NCBI GenBank assembly: GCA_002292815.1
Contig: DBBX01000027.1
Span: 64,372-128,371, forward strand
DNA length: 64,000 nt
Direction of reading: 5' to 3'
DNA from: Thiotrichaceae bacterium UBA973
Lineage (GTDB): Bacteria; Pseudomonadota; Gammaproteobacteria; Eutrophobiales; Eutrophobiaceae
Below, one piece after another: positions 1 through 10,902 of the stretch. The translations under genes and the position numbers were made by a program. Position 1 is the stretch's first letter. Each line of letters begins with the position of its first letter. The notes below the pieces were generated by a model. The model was not told the origin of the DNA. It saw nothing but the letters and a program-made list of their open reading frames with translations, and did not search any database.

Positions 1-378
1 GATTAAACCTGCTCGATGATTCCAAAGTCCTTTACCAATAGAATAAACAATCGATACTGTAAAAACATCAACGATTATTTGAAATACATATAGAGAGAAC
101 AGATTTAGTCCTGTCGCCCATATAAAAAAACCTGATATATAACCATAAAGAGGATCCATGAATACATAGAGGTCACTCATTCCTAATTGGCCAGACACTA
201 CATCTTTTCCAAAATTGATATAATATGCCTCATCAGCTCCATGATGATACGTCATAGGATTGGCAACAGATGAACCAAGGTGAACAACTCTCAGAAATAA
301 TGCCAATATCAAAACCAAAAGAATTGACCGATTTTGAATATTTTTTTCTATCATTCGATTATTTTTTATGCTCATTTA
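1..378 (-). CDS. GT-C family membrane glycosyltransferase (PMT/ArnT-like), N-terminal fragment; the gene continues beyond the window start
   Basis: Manual translation of the reverse strand from ATG at 378-376: MSIKNNRMIEKNIQNRSILLVLILALFLRVVHLGSSVANPMTYHHGADEAYYINFGKD... This shows an N-terminal TM helix followed by an 'ADEAYYI' acidic motif typical of the first periplasmic loop of PMT/ArnT-type GT-C enzymes. The ORF is open to position 1. Confidence 0.5.
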
Positions 379-439
379 ATAATATTTGAAATAAGTATTT
401 TTGCTTTATTAACTTCTTATAGAATATTATTGATCATTT

Positions 440-2038
440 TTATTTAGTAATAACTTCATCTAGCTCAAGTAACACCGAAATAATTCCCCCCCCATGTTCA
501 GCAGGGAAAAATGTTTGACTTAAAATCCATGAATTATGTTTAACTCGATCAACAGGATACAAAGGCTCATGTTGATTATAAGGAGCGCCAACAATAAACA
601 TATAACGGCACTTCGTTAATTCTTTATTGAAATCCTTTTCCGTTACTTGCTGCGCCGGTGGCACGAAAACCTTTCTTTTACTATACAACATAACAAGTTC
701 TTGATGAGTGGAATAGACACATGACTTTTTTGGAACAATTTTTTGTATTGCAACAATTGATTCGACTAACCTTTTTTTAAATACTAATTGTTTATACATT
801 TTCTTAGTATCAGCTCCTGTCAACCATAGACGGTCATTACTATTTTTACTGTGATACTCTCCAGGGACAGTTGTATATCGATCTGTCATAAATATCAGTG
901 AGGGCAAAATAGTTATTAAAATCATGGCTGGAAGAAATGCATGAGATAATGATTTTATAGTTGTTCCACTCCCTTTAAATACTGAGTCAGTAGTTAGCTG
1001 AGCGTAAAATAAAATAATAGGGGTGATGACGTATATAAAACGCACATTATGATCAGGATAATTCCATACAAATATAATTACAAAATAAATAAATACATAC
1101 AGTGCGTCTAGTGAAAAATTATAAACCCTTTTAAACAAGGAAAAACATGCTGCTGTTAATATAATAATTACTGAAATAAAAGCAGCAGTATTTGTTGTGT
1201 TGTTAAATTGTAATTGAGTCCCCCACCATAATGTTTTCAGTTGCACCTGTATGATTTCATAAATTCCACTCGCAATATCATCATTTGCCATCAACATATT
1301 TTCATATCTTTCTATAAGATCATGCTTCAAATACATATTATTATACTCAAAGTTTCTACTTATATATGTCCAGATTAAATACGGAACAATAATAATTATT
1401 GCAGTAAAAACGATATTTTTTTTATCTCTGTTAAATACGACTATAAGTAAAGCAACAATCAAAGAAAGACCTACACTTCTTGTAATAAATGCTAAACCGC
1501 ACACAAACGCAGACATATAAATCCACTTTCTTTTGCCACTATTTAACCTATGAAAACTCCATAACGTGACAAATACTAAAAGCAGATATAAGTTTTCGCT
1601 CCATAGTTCAGTGGAAAATAATAAAGTAGATGGAAGAAATAAAAATAATATTGCATTAATTAAAGCACTGGATGTTGCCATCCCTTCTTTAACTTGCCAA
1701 TCAATGTAAAACAAACAAACAGGTAATAGTAAAATAGATGTTGCTACACTTGCTAGAACAATATTGTTACTGCCTGCGCCTAATATACTCAAATAATATG
1801 GATATAGTGGTGGGAAATTTCTGTACGTAATTGCTTGCTCTAGCACAGAAGAATATTCTGAATTAGTGCTTGAGAAATAATCTGCTTGTAATAAATATAT
1901 AAAGCCATCAGTCCAAAAGCCAGGCGTGCCTTGATAGGAGATAAGCAGATGAAATGCTATTGAAAGTAATAACAGAACCCAAAGAAAGGTAAGCCAAATA
2001 ATATGTATGTTTTTTCCCTTAATGTCATTCCACTTCAA
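440..2038 (-). CDS. GT-C fold polytopic membrane glycosyltransferase (ArnT/PMT_2-like), 532 aa, with a C-terminal soluble domain
   Basis: ORF track. About 11 predicted TM helices, including a stretch 'FHRLNSGKRKWIYMSAFVCGLAFITRSVG' typical of ArnT/PMT_2 proteins. Hydrophilic C-terminal ~150 aa. Confidence 0.5.
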   Translation of the reverse strand: MKWNDIKGKNIHIIWLTFLWVLLLLSIAFHLLISYQGTPGFWTDGFIYLLQADYFSSTNSEYSSVLEQAITYRNFPPLYPYYLSILGAGSNNIVLASVATSILLLPVCLFYIDWQVKEGMATSSALINAILFLFLPSTLLFSTELWSENLYLLLVFVTLWSFHRLNSGKRKWIYMSAFVCGLAFITRSVGLSLIVALLIVVFNRDKKNIVFTAIIIIVPYLIWTYISRNFEYNNMYLKHDLIERYENMLMANDDIASGIYEIIQVQLKTLWWGTQLQFNNTTNTAAFISVIIILTAACFSLFKRVYNFSLDALYVFIYFVIIFVWNYPDHNVRFIYVITPIILFYAQLTTDSVFKGSGTTIKSLSHAFLPAMILITILPSLIFMTDRYTTVPGEYHSKNSNDRLWLTGADTKKMYKQLVFKKRLVESIVAIQKIVPKKSCVYSTHQELVMLYSKRKVFVPPAQQVTEKDFNKELTKCRYMFIVGAPYNQHEPLYPVDRVKHNSWILSQTFFPAEHGGGIISVLLELDEVITK

Positions 2039-2542
2039 TTTAATTTCACCTATAAATCTATCTTATTAATATTTCTTACACTCTGATACTCAACCATCAT
2101 GTTCAAACACATTTTATAACCTGCCTATAGAAAGGTAGATAAATACAATTCAACCATCTAAATTGTTGGGATAGAAATTATCTCTAGATATTATCTTCTG
2201 GCAACCACTAAATAAATCACCCAAATGAATCTCATAACCGTTATGATTATTACCTTAATTAATAGCTTTTTAGATTGGCATTACTCAGTTGATATAGCCC
2301 ATATACTTGCTCAGGAATATTAACAATAATATTTCGCAAGCCATGTGATAATACAGTAATATAATTACTCTCGAACTATTTACTTCACCATTTACAATAA
2401 CTTATGGTGATTTAATTGTAACAAATCAAAGGATTTTCAGGCCTGTTTATTTAATTCTCAACGGGACAATAGTAATATAAATTTATATTTTATTTACTGT
2501 AAAGTAACATTATTATTATTTAATAGGGCTAGATTCATAAAC

Positions 2543-3490
2543 ATGAAAAATCGAATATTAGTTACTGGTGGTGCTGGATTTCTAGGATCTCATTTATGTA
2601 AAAGATTACTTGATGAAAACAACGAAGTCCTGTGTCTTGATAACTTCTACACGGGCTCTAAAGATAATATTATTGGACTAATAAATAATCCTTATTTTGA
2701 GATCATACGTCATGATATTACATTTCCGATCTACCTCGAAGTAGATCAAATTTATAATCTCGCCTGTCCTGCAAGTCCTGTTTTCTATCAAAAATATCCA
2801 ATCCAGACTACAAAAACCAATGTTTCTGGGTCAATCAATGTTCTTGGTCTTGCAAAACGTCTTAATATACCCGTACTTCAAGCATCAACCAGCGAGATAT
2901 ATGGTGATCCAACAATTCACCCACAAACTGAAGACTATTGGGGGAATGTAAACTGCATAGGCATTCGTTCATGTTACGATGAAGGGAAACGTTGTGCAGA
3001 AACGCTTTTTTTTGATTATCACCGTGAACTGGGACTTGATATAAAAGTTGCACGGATATTCAATACCTATGGTCCTAATATGGCCATAAATGATGGCAGG
3101 GTTATTAGTAACTTCATCGTACAAGCCTTGAATAATGAAAACATTACTATTTACGGTGAAGGAGTACAGACTCGTTCCTTATGCTACGTCGATGACCTCA
3201 TTGATGGGTTTATTAAATTTATGAACACTCCAGATTTACATGTACCAATTAATCTAGGCAATCCCGTTGAAATGACAATTATTGAAATTGCTGAATTAAT
3301 CATTAAATTAACACACAGTAAGTCTATATTATCATTCATGCCTCTCCCTCAGGATGACCCATTACAACGTTGCCCAGATATAAGCAAAGCAAATACTTTA
3401 CTGAATTGGGCGCCTAAAACAGATCAGAAGAGTGGACTTGAAAAAACCATCGACTATTTCAAAAATAAACTGCAAAACGAAGCATCATAG
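2543..3490 (+). CDS. UDP-glucuronate decarboxylase (UDP-xylose synthase / ArnA-decarboxylase-like SDR)
   Basis: [19 protein letters not shown]...[15 protein letters not shown]...[14 protein letters not shown]...[42 protein letters not shown] is near-identical in pattern to UXS1/bacterial Uxs. Rossmann GxxGxxG and YxxxK motifs present. Confidence 0.85.
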   Translation: MKNRILVTGGAGFLGSHLCKRLLDENNEVLCLDNFYTGSKDNIIGLINNPYFEIIRHDITFPIYLEVDQIYNLACPASPVFYQKYPIQTTKTNVSGSINVLGLAKRLNIPVLQASTSEIYGDPTIHPQTEDYWGNVNCIGIRSCYDEGKRCAETLFFDYHRELGLDIKVARIFNTYGPNMAINDGRVISNFIVQALNNENITIYGEGVQTRSLCYVDDLIDGFIKFMNTPDLHVPINLGNPVEMTIIEIAELIIKLTHSKSILSFMPLPQDDPLQRCPDISKANTLLNWAPKTDQKSGLEKTIDYFKNKLQNEAS

Positions 3491-3505
3491 ATACCCTTAA
3501 ATATA

Positions 3506-4225
3506 ATGACTGAATCATTTTCAGATAATGTATATATCGGCAGGGATTTAGAAGCAATGTCCTATGCTGAAAATTACAACAAATGGATTATTGAACTATT
3601 TAGTCCTTATATTGGTGATAAAGTTGCTGAAATCGGAGCTGGCACTGGGAACTTGACGCGACTATTATTAGCGAACGATTTAATCTCTGAACTCACTGCT
3701 TTTGAACCTTCTAGTAAAATGTATAACTATCTTACTCAGAACATAGATAGCAATAAGAAAGTAACATTAATTAATAGCATATTTTCTGAAAGTTCTGATA
3801 TGCACCTCAATATGTTGGACAGTATTTTTTATATTAATGTATTAGAACATGTAAAGGATGACATAGCTGAAGTAAATTTAATGCACAATGCTTTAAATGT
3901 GGATGGTTATGCTTGCGTCTTTGTTCCAGCATTATCTTGGTTATATAGTGATTTTGATAAATCAATCGGGCACTTCAGGAGATATCATAAAGATCAACTC
4001 ATTCAGTTATTTGATTCAAATGGCTTTGAAGTGGTAACTGTAAAACATATTGATATGTTAGGAATATTACCCTGGTATATTAACTTTGTTTTAATGAAAA
4101 GGGTGTTGGATCAAAACACAACGAAAATATATGATCGTTTCATAATACCCATTATTAGAATTATCGATAAAATAGCGCCCAGCCCTATAGGAAAGAATTT
4201 GCTAATAGTTGCAAAGAAAAAATAA
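3506..4225 (+). CDS. class I SAM-dependent methyltransferase
   Basis: Motif I 'VAEIGAGTGNLTRLL' and downstream acidic residues. 16-nt gap after the uxs-like gene suggests co-transcription. Confidence 0.6.
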   Translation: MTESFSDNVYIGRDLEAMSYAENYNKWIIELFSPYIGDKVAEIGAGTGNLTRLLLANDLISELTAFEPSSKMYNYLTQNIDSNKKVTLINSIFSESSDMHLNMLDSIFYINVLEHVKDDIAEVNLMHNALNVDGYACVFVPALSWLYSDFDKSIGHFRRYHKDQLIQLFDSNGFEVVTVKHIDMLGILPWYINFVLMKRVLDQNTTKIYDRFIIPIIRIIDKIAPSPIGKNLLIVAKKK

Positions 4226-4335
4226 CCTTATTATTAGTGATTCAGACACGGCCATTTTTATCATGATAGACAATTAAAACTGTAGAAACCTTGCCTATTA
4301 ACATTCAATGCTAAATCAACTCCGCTTGAAAATAT

Positions 4336-5178
4336 ATGAATATAAATACTGTTAAAAACATAATAAAAAGAAGTGTTCAATATATAAAGCAATTAATAAT
4401 AAATATCAGAAGTTATCTAAGTTGGCGTCTTGGTTCAAACTCTAGTGATACTGTATATTTTTATACGTTTCATCGTTGTTCCAGCCATTTTTTTAGCAAA
4501 TATGTGCTTAAAAATATAAACGGTCTATATAATATTGATTATGCAAAAAAAATATACAGAGGAAAGAAGATTGACCACATTGTTTTTGATAATAAAGGTG
4601 TCATTTATGGTCCTATACGTCTTTCTGCTCCTCCCACGTCAAAGGAATACACATGCCTAGTCCAACCTCTTTCTGATCTTCATTTTATACAAAACAAGCT
4701 AGCTATTTTTTTGATTAGAGACCCCAGAGATATCGTTGTGTCATCCTATTATTCATTTGCACAGACACATGGCTTAAGTCCCGATAATGAAATTCGTAAA
4801 AAACAAAAACAGCATAGAAAAAAATTACAACTTCAAACTATTGATGAGTATGTTCTCGAATCAGCACCCATAGTACAAAGCCACTTTGTCATGCTTGATA
4901 CTATAAGTAATGCTTTCGGGGAAAGTGTCATAATTAAATATGAAGATATGATTGATAACTGGGACTACTTTATAAGCGGTCTAACGAAATTTATTAACAT
5001 AAAACAAACGATACTTAACGAAATTTATAAACAATCAAGACCGCTTGAAAATGAGGATAATAAATCACATCGCCGTTCTGGCAGACCAAACGCTTTTAAA
5101 GATAAATTAAAGATAGAAACAGTAAACTCTCTTAATATTACTTTTAAAGACACTCTTGAAAAATACAACTATATATAA
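4336..5178 (+). CDS. sulfotransferase family protein (PAPS-dependent)
   Basis: 'LIRDPRDIVVSSYYS' matches the 3'-phosphate-binding RDPRD-V-SxY motif of sulfotransferases. 'HRRSGRPNAFKD' resembles the C-terminal RKGxxGxWKxxF motif. N-terminal 'HRCSSHF' sits in the 5'-PSB position. Confidence 0.55.
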   Translation: MNINTVKNIIKRSVQYIKQLIINIRSYLSWRLGSNSSDTVYFYTFHRCSSHFFSKYVLKNINGLYNIDYAKKIYRGKKIDHIVFDNKGVIYGPIRLSAPPTSKEYTCLVQPLSDLHFIQNKLAIFLIRDPRDIVVSSYYSFAQTHGLSPDNEIRKKQKQHRKKLQLQTIDEYVLESAPIVQSHFVMLDTISNAFGESVIIKYEDMIDNWDYFISGLTKFINIKQTILNEIYKQSRPLENEDNKSHRRSGRPNAFKDKLKIETVNSLNITFKDTLEKYNYI

Positions 5179-5230
5179 ATAATTAGATTAATAAGCACCT
5201 AATTTAGTAGCCTAATTAACCGTTATACTT

Positions 5231-7012
5231 TTACCTTATAATTTTAAATGCTCTAGCAAATACATATTGCTTGTTTTTAATATCGACTTTTATTTCATAA
5301 AGCAATTTATAGTTGTCAGGAAATACATCAGAAAATATTAACTCTTTTGTAAGCCTGGAGTTAATTGAATCAACTTCTTTATCAGGCAGATTCATATAAA
5401 TATTATCTTCTCTAAATAAAAATAAATATTTTATATCTTCTTGATAAGAATACAGTTGTTGCGAATTCATATCTAATAATTGTTTGGTTTTTCTGAGAAA
5501 TTTAAAATCTTTTGGATCCATGATAAAACTATTAGCGATTATTGAGCAATTTGTAAAATAGCGTAAATAATGACCAACTTCTGCTGGGGCCAGAATTATT
5601 CCAGTGTCATTATCACACTGCTTTCTTAACTCTGATGATGCCCAGTAAGTAGCCTCAAATAACTGTGACTTCGGCTGTGCTTTGAACAATGTTTTTGCAG
5701 GCAACGAATATGCAAGTAATATCAATAACATAAAGATAAGAAATCGTATATTTTTCGCAGATACTAATCGTGATGAATTCTGAAAGAAAAGTGCAAGCGG
5801 AGTATATAAGATGAAACTACCAAAATAATGAAATCGCATTTGCTTCAATAAAAAGAAAATAGCCATTAATGAAAATAATATGAAATATATCTTACTTAAT
5901 TCAGTTTTATGACAAACCAGATACAGTAAATATCCAAGCGTAAATGGTAAAAGACAGATAAAAGCCGAATAATTACTTACCGCTTCAACAAGACTAATTC
6001 TTTGTGTTGAGTCAAACGACATGAATGATTTTACTTCTCCCATGGAATGCAAGAATTCAATATCGCCTGATATAAATTCATACCCTGATATTAAATTATT
6101 TACTAACGGAAAAGCGCATATAATCATTAACGAAACAATAAGACTAATGTTTTTTTTGCTTAATGGAATCCGAGATATGATTAATGCAAATATTGAAACG
6201 CAGAAAGAAATGTACAAATGAAAAAATGAATAGTGATAAAAGCTGAATGTGTATTCACGAAATGTTTCAGAAGTTATTAAAAATAGTAATGTGGAAAGTA
6301 ATAACGACAAAGAAAAATGCAATGTTGTTTTAGGCAAAGGCCTCGCAAGTAACCAATAAATTATCAAACTAGCAATTACAGGTGCTTGAAGGACGAACAT
6401 GCTATTGTGTATAGCCATCGACCCACCTAGTACCATACCTACTGAAATTGCATATAGCTTTGATTCAGTAAAACGGAACCACTGAAGAGACAATATAGTA
6501 CTTAAAAGCACCATTGTTAATTCCATATAATGATGGTCAATTCTACCTATAAGGTGTAACTGTTGATTAAGGGGTAGAAAAATAAAGCACGAAATAACCA
6601 GAATTCGATACGGGAATGCTAGTTCGAGTGTCCTACATAAACTGACCATTAAAGCTATGTTTACTATTCCCCACAACGGCGGAATATGGGCCATTATTTT
6701 TACTGGATTAATATCGGTGATAAACATAACTAATTCAATTATTCTTGCAATAAACCAATCATACCCCCAAGGCCAGACAATCCATGCGCCATCTGGTGCA
6801 TGAATCTTGGGATCGAACTGGAGTAATCCTCCATGTTCAATGCTGTCCAATATCCTTACTGCATGGTAAAAAGAATCAGGAAAAGCGGGAGTGTACTCAC
6901 CATTGATCATTGCAAATTCTATATGCCAAATCGAAATTTGGTAAAATAACAAACTTGCAATCAAACAAAGTAAAATATCAACAGCATGTGTAGTGAATAA
7001 GGTTTTAGTCAT
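5231..7012 (-). CDS. GT-C fold polytopic membrane glycosyltransferase (unassigned subfamily), 593 aa
   Basis: More than 10 TM helices. First-loop motif 'FPDSFYHAVRI' (acidic Asp), and a ~150 aa soluble C-terminal domain. No WWDYG motif, so not called as an STT3/PglB oligosaccharyltransferase. Confidence 0.45.
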   Translation of the reverse strand: MTKTLFTTHAVDILLCLIASLLFYQISIWHIEFAMINGEYTPAFPDSFYHAVRILDSIEHGGLLQFDPKIHAPDGAWIVWPWGYDWFIARIIELVMFITDINPVKIMAHIPPLWGIVNIALMVSLCRTLELAFPYRILVISCFIFLPLNQQLHLIGRIDHHYMELTMVLLSTILSLQWFRFTESKLYAISVGMVLGGSMAIHNSMFVLQAPVIASLIIYWLLARPLPKTTLHFSLSLLLSTLLFLITSETFREYTFSFYHYSFFHLYISFCVSIFALIISRIPLSKKNISLIVSLMIICAFPLVNNLISGYEFISGDIEFLHSMGEVKSFMSFDSTQRISLVEAVSNYSAFICLLPFTLGYLLYLVCHKTELSKIYFILFSLMAIFFLLKQMRFHYFGSFILYTPLALFFQNSSRLVSAKNIRFLIFMLLILLAYSLPAKTLFKAQPKSQLFEATYWASSELRKQCDNDTGIILAPAEVGHYLRYFTNCSIIANSFIMDPKDFKFLRKTKQLLDMNSQQLYSYQEDIKYLFLFREDNIYMNLPDKEVDSINSRLTKELIFSDVFPDNYKLLYEIKVDIKNKQYVFARAFKIIR

Positions 7013-7232
7013 TTGGGTACTGTAATATCATAATTACATTTTATAGGGTCTATTTTTAAGTATCGCTTTTGAGAAATATGTTTTTATTAAGTTCTTTATT
7101 CTCATAAATATATACACTAATCAACGGGGTGTTATTATTTGGTAGGCTGTATATCTAAGTTATTCTTGATAAATTTTATTAGAATATAGATATAAGATAA
7201 CTTTTATATCATTTTAAATTGGCAATTAAACA

Positions 7233-8669
7233 ATGAATAGTTATATCAATTCAGATAAAAATAAAACGATTCTCATTAATAATTACAGCACCGGGATATA
7301 TTGTGCAATAATTTTATTATTTATTATATTTAGAATACTTATTTATTTTGAAACAGAATATTTTGTAATCTGGTTTGACAGCGCTCAATTTGCAGCAACA
7401 TCATTTGCCTCGGTCTGGTCTAATTTATTCTGGTCAGATGGCATACCCCCATTATATCCCTTTTTTCTGAAGCACTTTACTACGCTTTCAAGCAATCCTA
7501 TTCCAATAGAAAACAGTTTTTTATCTTTATTTTCTTATAACCCAACCATTATTAAGGGAATTGAATTACTAGATAATTATCCCTATCTTCTAGTAAAAAA
7601 TAATTTTGATATAATTTCCGCCTCTTTGTTTCAATTTTTATTTTCTACTTTATCATGCGTCATATTTGCTTTGTCTTTTAGTTCCATCTTTAAAAATATA
7701 TACATCAAATTAGTTTCAACAACATTCATTCTTATGCTCGGCATGGAATCAAGCATCACTCTTTGGGATAAACATATATTAACTGAATCAATATCTATCT
7801 CTTTATTATTTATAACAATATCTTTCCTAATCCATATAAAATATGTCGCAAAAAATATTATTTTTCTTGTGCTTTTTCTATTAATATTAATTTCCCTATC
7901 TTTTATAAAAATTACAAATAACTATCTAATAGTTTTACTAATACCATTAGTTGTTTTTCACTTTATAAAAGGCAATTACAATTATAAAATAAACTATGCG
8001 CTATTATTTTCTACATTACTTTCGCTTTTTATTTTCAATCAATACATGTTGTTTAATGGGGACAGATCCAATGTGCCAATGAAAGATTTAATATCTTCTC
8101 GTATTAGTACTCAAGGATATGAAGACATATATTATTATTTCAGGAATTCCGGCATGCCTGAATTACCAAAAGATACGATTGGAAAGCTATGGACTGCACC
8201 GTTTGAGGATTACCCTGAATTAAATGACTGGTGGATAAACAAATCCTCTAAAACATATCAAACATATTTAATAACACATCCAGGCTATTTCTTTTTTAGA
8301 CCTTTCCAGTATACAAATGAGTTTAATAAACCAGTCTATAATTATCTAACGCCCGATTTGCATTTTCATGAACAAGTTGCTCCAACTAAATTAAAAATTA
8401 TATTTACCGACACATTCCTTTGGATATCTTTTTCGGTATTATCCTTGTTATTACTGTCAATATTTATAAAAAACAAAACTATTGATATTGACAACACTTT
8501 ATTGCCAATATTTTTATTAATTAGCGGAACAGCTTTATATTTAATAATATGGCATGCCGATTTGGGCGAATTAGATCGCCACTTAATTCAATGTGCAATA
8601 ATGCTTAGAATAGCAATACTGATGCTGCTAATGATTTTTGCAAGCTTCCTTGTTAAAAAAGATCATTAA
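7233..8669 (+). CDS. polytopic integral membrane protein, function unknown (candidate GT-C or glycan ligase/polymerase)
   Basis: 478 aa, extremely hydrophobic (Ile/Leu/Phe-rich), at least 10 TM segments with one larger hydrophilic loop (residues ~270-370). It is the only plus-strand gene embedded between minus-strand glycosylation genes. Confidence 0.35.
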   Translation: MNSYINSDKNKTILINNYSTGIYCAIILLFIIFRILIYFETEYFVIWFDSAQFAATSFASVWSNLFWSDGIPPLYPFFLKHFTTLSSNPIPIENSFLSLFSYNPTIIKGIELLDNYPYLLVKNNFDIISASLFQFLFSTLSCVIFALSFSSIFKNIYIKLVSTTFILMLGMESSITLWDKHILTESISISLLFITISFLIHIKYVAKNIIFLVLFLLILISLSFIKITNNYLIVLLIPLVVFHFIKGNYNYKINYALLFSTLLSLFIFNQYMLFNGDRSNVPMKDLISSRISTQGYEDIYYYFRNSGMPELPKDTIGKLWTAPFEDYPELNDWWINKSSKTYQTYLITHPGYFFFRPFQYTNEFNKPVYNYLTPDLHFHEQVAPTKLKIIFTDTFLWISFSVLSLLLLSIFIKNKTIDIDNTLLPIFLLISGTALYLIIWHADLGELDRHLIQCAIMLRIAILMLLMIFASFLVKKDH

Positions 8670-8736
8670 TAAATCAGCTCATGATTATATCTAATATGGC
8701 AAGACTAAAATAATCAGAGCAATGTATTTTTTAATA

Positions 8737-9771
8737 TTATATAAGAAGCTTGTCGTTTTTAACTCTATCGTAATCAGTCTTTGCCATTATATGTACTAAT
8801 TCTTCAAATGTGACTGTTGGCTTCCACTTCAGTACTTCATTTGCGTTTTTAGGATCGCCGACAATTCTATCTACATCTGTAAGCCTAAAATACTTTTCAT
8901 TTATTTTGATTATTTTTTTACCTGTGCTTTTTTCAATTGCAAATTCATCTGTACCTTCACCAGACCATTCCAATTTAAATCCTATTGTATCTGCAGCAAT
9001 TGAAATGAATTCTCTTAACGTATGTGATTTTCCTGTTGCGATTACAAACTCCCCAGGCACTTTTTGCTGCAACATTTTCCACATGGCACACACATAGTCT
9101 TTTGCATAACCCCAATCACGCTCAATATTTATATTACCAAGCTCAAGAACATCTAACTTGTTGTGCCATATCATGGCAAGCGAAGATGTTATTTTCCTTG
9201 TAACAAACTCAGTGCCTCTTAATTCTGATTCATGATTGAATAATATTCCAGCAGAGGCATGAAGATTATAAGCTTCGCGATAATTAATAGTGATCGAATG
9301 CGCAAATTGTTTCGCAACAGAATACGGGCTTCTTGGATAAAATCGCGTATTTTCTGTTTGAGGGGATTCCTGAGCTTTTCCATATAATTCAGAAGTAGAA
9401 GCTTGATAAAATTTAATATCTGAATTTACATTTCTAATAACTTCGAGCAACCTTAAAACTCCAATTGCATTTACTTCACTGGTATATATAGGTTGATCAA
9501 ATGAAGAGCTCACAAAACTCTGAGCACCTAGATTATATATTTCATCAGGCCTTACGGTATCAACAGTTTTGATAATATTAGAGTATTCAAATAACTCTAA
9601 AGGCACCATATGGACTTGTTCAAATACTCCCAATTCTTTTAAACGCCAATTTATCGGCGATGAATTTGGTCTACAGGTACCATAGACTTCATAGCCTTTT
9701 TCTAAAAGAAGTTTGGATAGGAAAGCACCATCTTGCCCTGTAATACCTGTTATCAATGCTCTTTTTGTCAT
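8737..9771 (-). CDS. gmd: GDP-mannose 4,6-dehydratase
   Basis: 'ALITGITGQDGAFLSKLLLEKGYEV', 'FYQASTSELYG', 'FYPRSPYSVAK', 'GILFNHESELRGTEFVTRKIT' and 'RDWGYAKDYV' are canonical Gmd signatures. Confidence 0.85.
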   Translation of the reverse strand: MTKRALITGITGQDGAFLSKLLLEKGYEVYGTCRPNSSPINWRLKELGVFEQVHMVPLELFEYSNIIKTVDTVRPDEIYNLGAQSFVSSSFDQPIYTSEVNAIGVLRLLEVIRNVNSDIKFYQASTSELYGKAQESPQTENTRFYPRSPYSVAKQFAHSITINYREAYNLHASAGILFNHESELRGTEFVTRKITSSLAMIWHNKLDVLELGNINIERDWGYAKDYVCAMWKMLQQKVPGEFVIATGKSHTLREFISIAADTIGFKLEWSGEGTDEFAIEKSTGKKIIKINEKYFRLTDVDRIVGDPKNANEVLKWKPTVTFEELVHIMAKTDYDRVKNDKLLI

Positions 9772-9778
9772 GATTTAT

Positions 9779-10759
9779 TTATAAAAGTGTTTTATATAGT
9801 TTAATATATTCATTAATCATATTCTCAATATTAAATTTACAAATTATTTTATCTCTAGCTTCTTCACCTAAACGCACACAGAGTCTATTATCTTCATATA
9901 ATTCCAAGATTGACTTAGAAAAAGATATAATGTCATCTTGTTCGCACAGCAAACCCGTTTTACTATTATCAATTAATTCTGGAACTGCTGTACAATTAGT
10001 TGATACAACTGGTTTTTCACATGCCATAGCCTCAGCTACCACATACCCAAACCCCTCGTATCTAGTCGGGAATAGTAAAGCATCGCAATTTTGATAATTC
10101 TTTATTAGTTCGTTTAAGTTCAATTTCCCTAGTTTATTAACATTAACATTTTTAATATTACCTTCCGTGTAATTTAACACTATGTTTTCAGGAAGCAGCT
10201 TCATTATTGGTAATAACAAATCAAACCCTTTCCTTTTGCTGCATGAACCAACAAATAGTAAATTAAATTTATCGTTTTTAGTCTTTTTATTTATTTTTGG
10301 TCTAAATAAATTAGTATCTATGCCTGTATTTATTATATTAATTTTTATATCTGGATAATTTCTACTTATGACATCTCCTGTATATTTGCTAATAGCTATA
10401 ACTTTAGATGCTGACTCAATGCTTAATTTTTCATAACGTCTAATTAAATTATTATGATATATTTTTTGTGCTTTTGATTTATATGGCGACAAAGCAAGAT
10501 CATGCACCCAATGATATACAGATATCACAGTCGGTATATTAACTTTTGAAAATGCAAATCCATACCAACTATTTGAATGTATAATATCTGTATTTTTTGG
10601 TGCTTTAATATACTTTAGTGGGTAAGGTAAAAGCTCTGCTAAATGTGGAATCCAGGTGATTTCTGCTTCAACACCATTTTCTCTTAAACCTTTTACCAGG
10701 TTAATAATGAAAATATCTGCTCCAGTACCTGCGCGGATAGTTGGAAACCATATTTTCAT
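9779..10759 (-). CDS. GT4 family glycosyltransferase (GT-B)
   Basis: C-terminal 'EGFGYVVAEAMACEKPVVSTNCTAVPELI' is the E-x7-E GT4 motif. 7-nt gap to gmd. Confidence 0.75.
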   Translation of the reverse strand: MKIWFPTIRAGTGADIFIINLVKGLRENGVEAEITWIPHLAELLPYPLKYIKAPKNTDIIHSNSWYGFAFSKVNIPTVISVYHWVHDLALSPYKSKAQKIYHNNLIRRYEKLSIESASKVIAISKYTGDVISRNYPDIKINIINTGIDTNLFRPKINKKTKNDKFNLLFVGSCSKRKGFDLLLPIMKLLPENIVLNYTEGNIKNVNVNKLGKLNLNELIKNYQNCDALLFPTRYEGFGYVVAEAMACEKPVVSTNCTAVPELIDNSKTGLLCEQDDIISFSKSILELYEDNRLCVRLGEEARDKIICKFNIENMINEYIKLYKTLL

Positions 10760-10902
10760 TTTATTTCACACATCTTTATTTTTTTAAAGCACTATTTAAA
10801 TATCTAGATTATAAAATATGCTTATTCTATATTTATGTTGACACTCTTTCTTCTAGTGAATCTTATACATGAACTTAAACTACACAGATCATCCAATAAT
10901 AT

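Noticed and set aside
2039-2542. 500-bp AT-rich divergent intergenic region checked for small ORFs, sRNA or repeats (CAACCATC occurs twice)
   Set aside because: No ORF over 30 codons with an RBS, no convincing inverted repeats or conserved RNA motifs. Interpreted as divergent promoter region for the uxs trio and the GT-C gene.
5231-7012. Possible STT3/PglB-type oligosaccharyltransferase (large GT-C with soluble C-terminal domain, D-x-x-Y-H motif)
   Set aside because: No WWDYG motif found anywhere in the C-terminal domain. Only a generic GT-C fold call is supportable.
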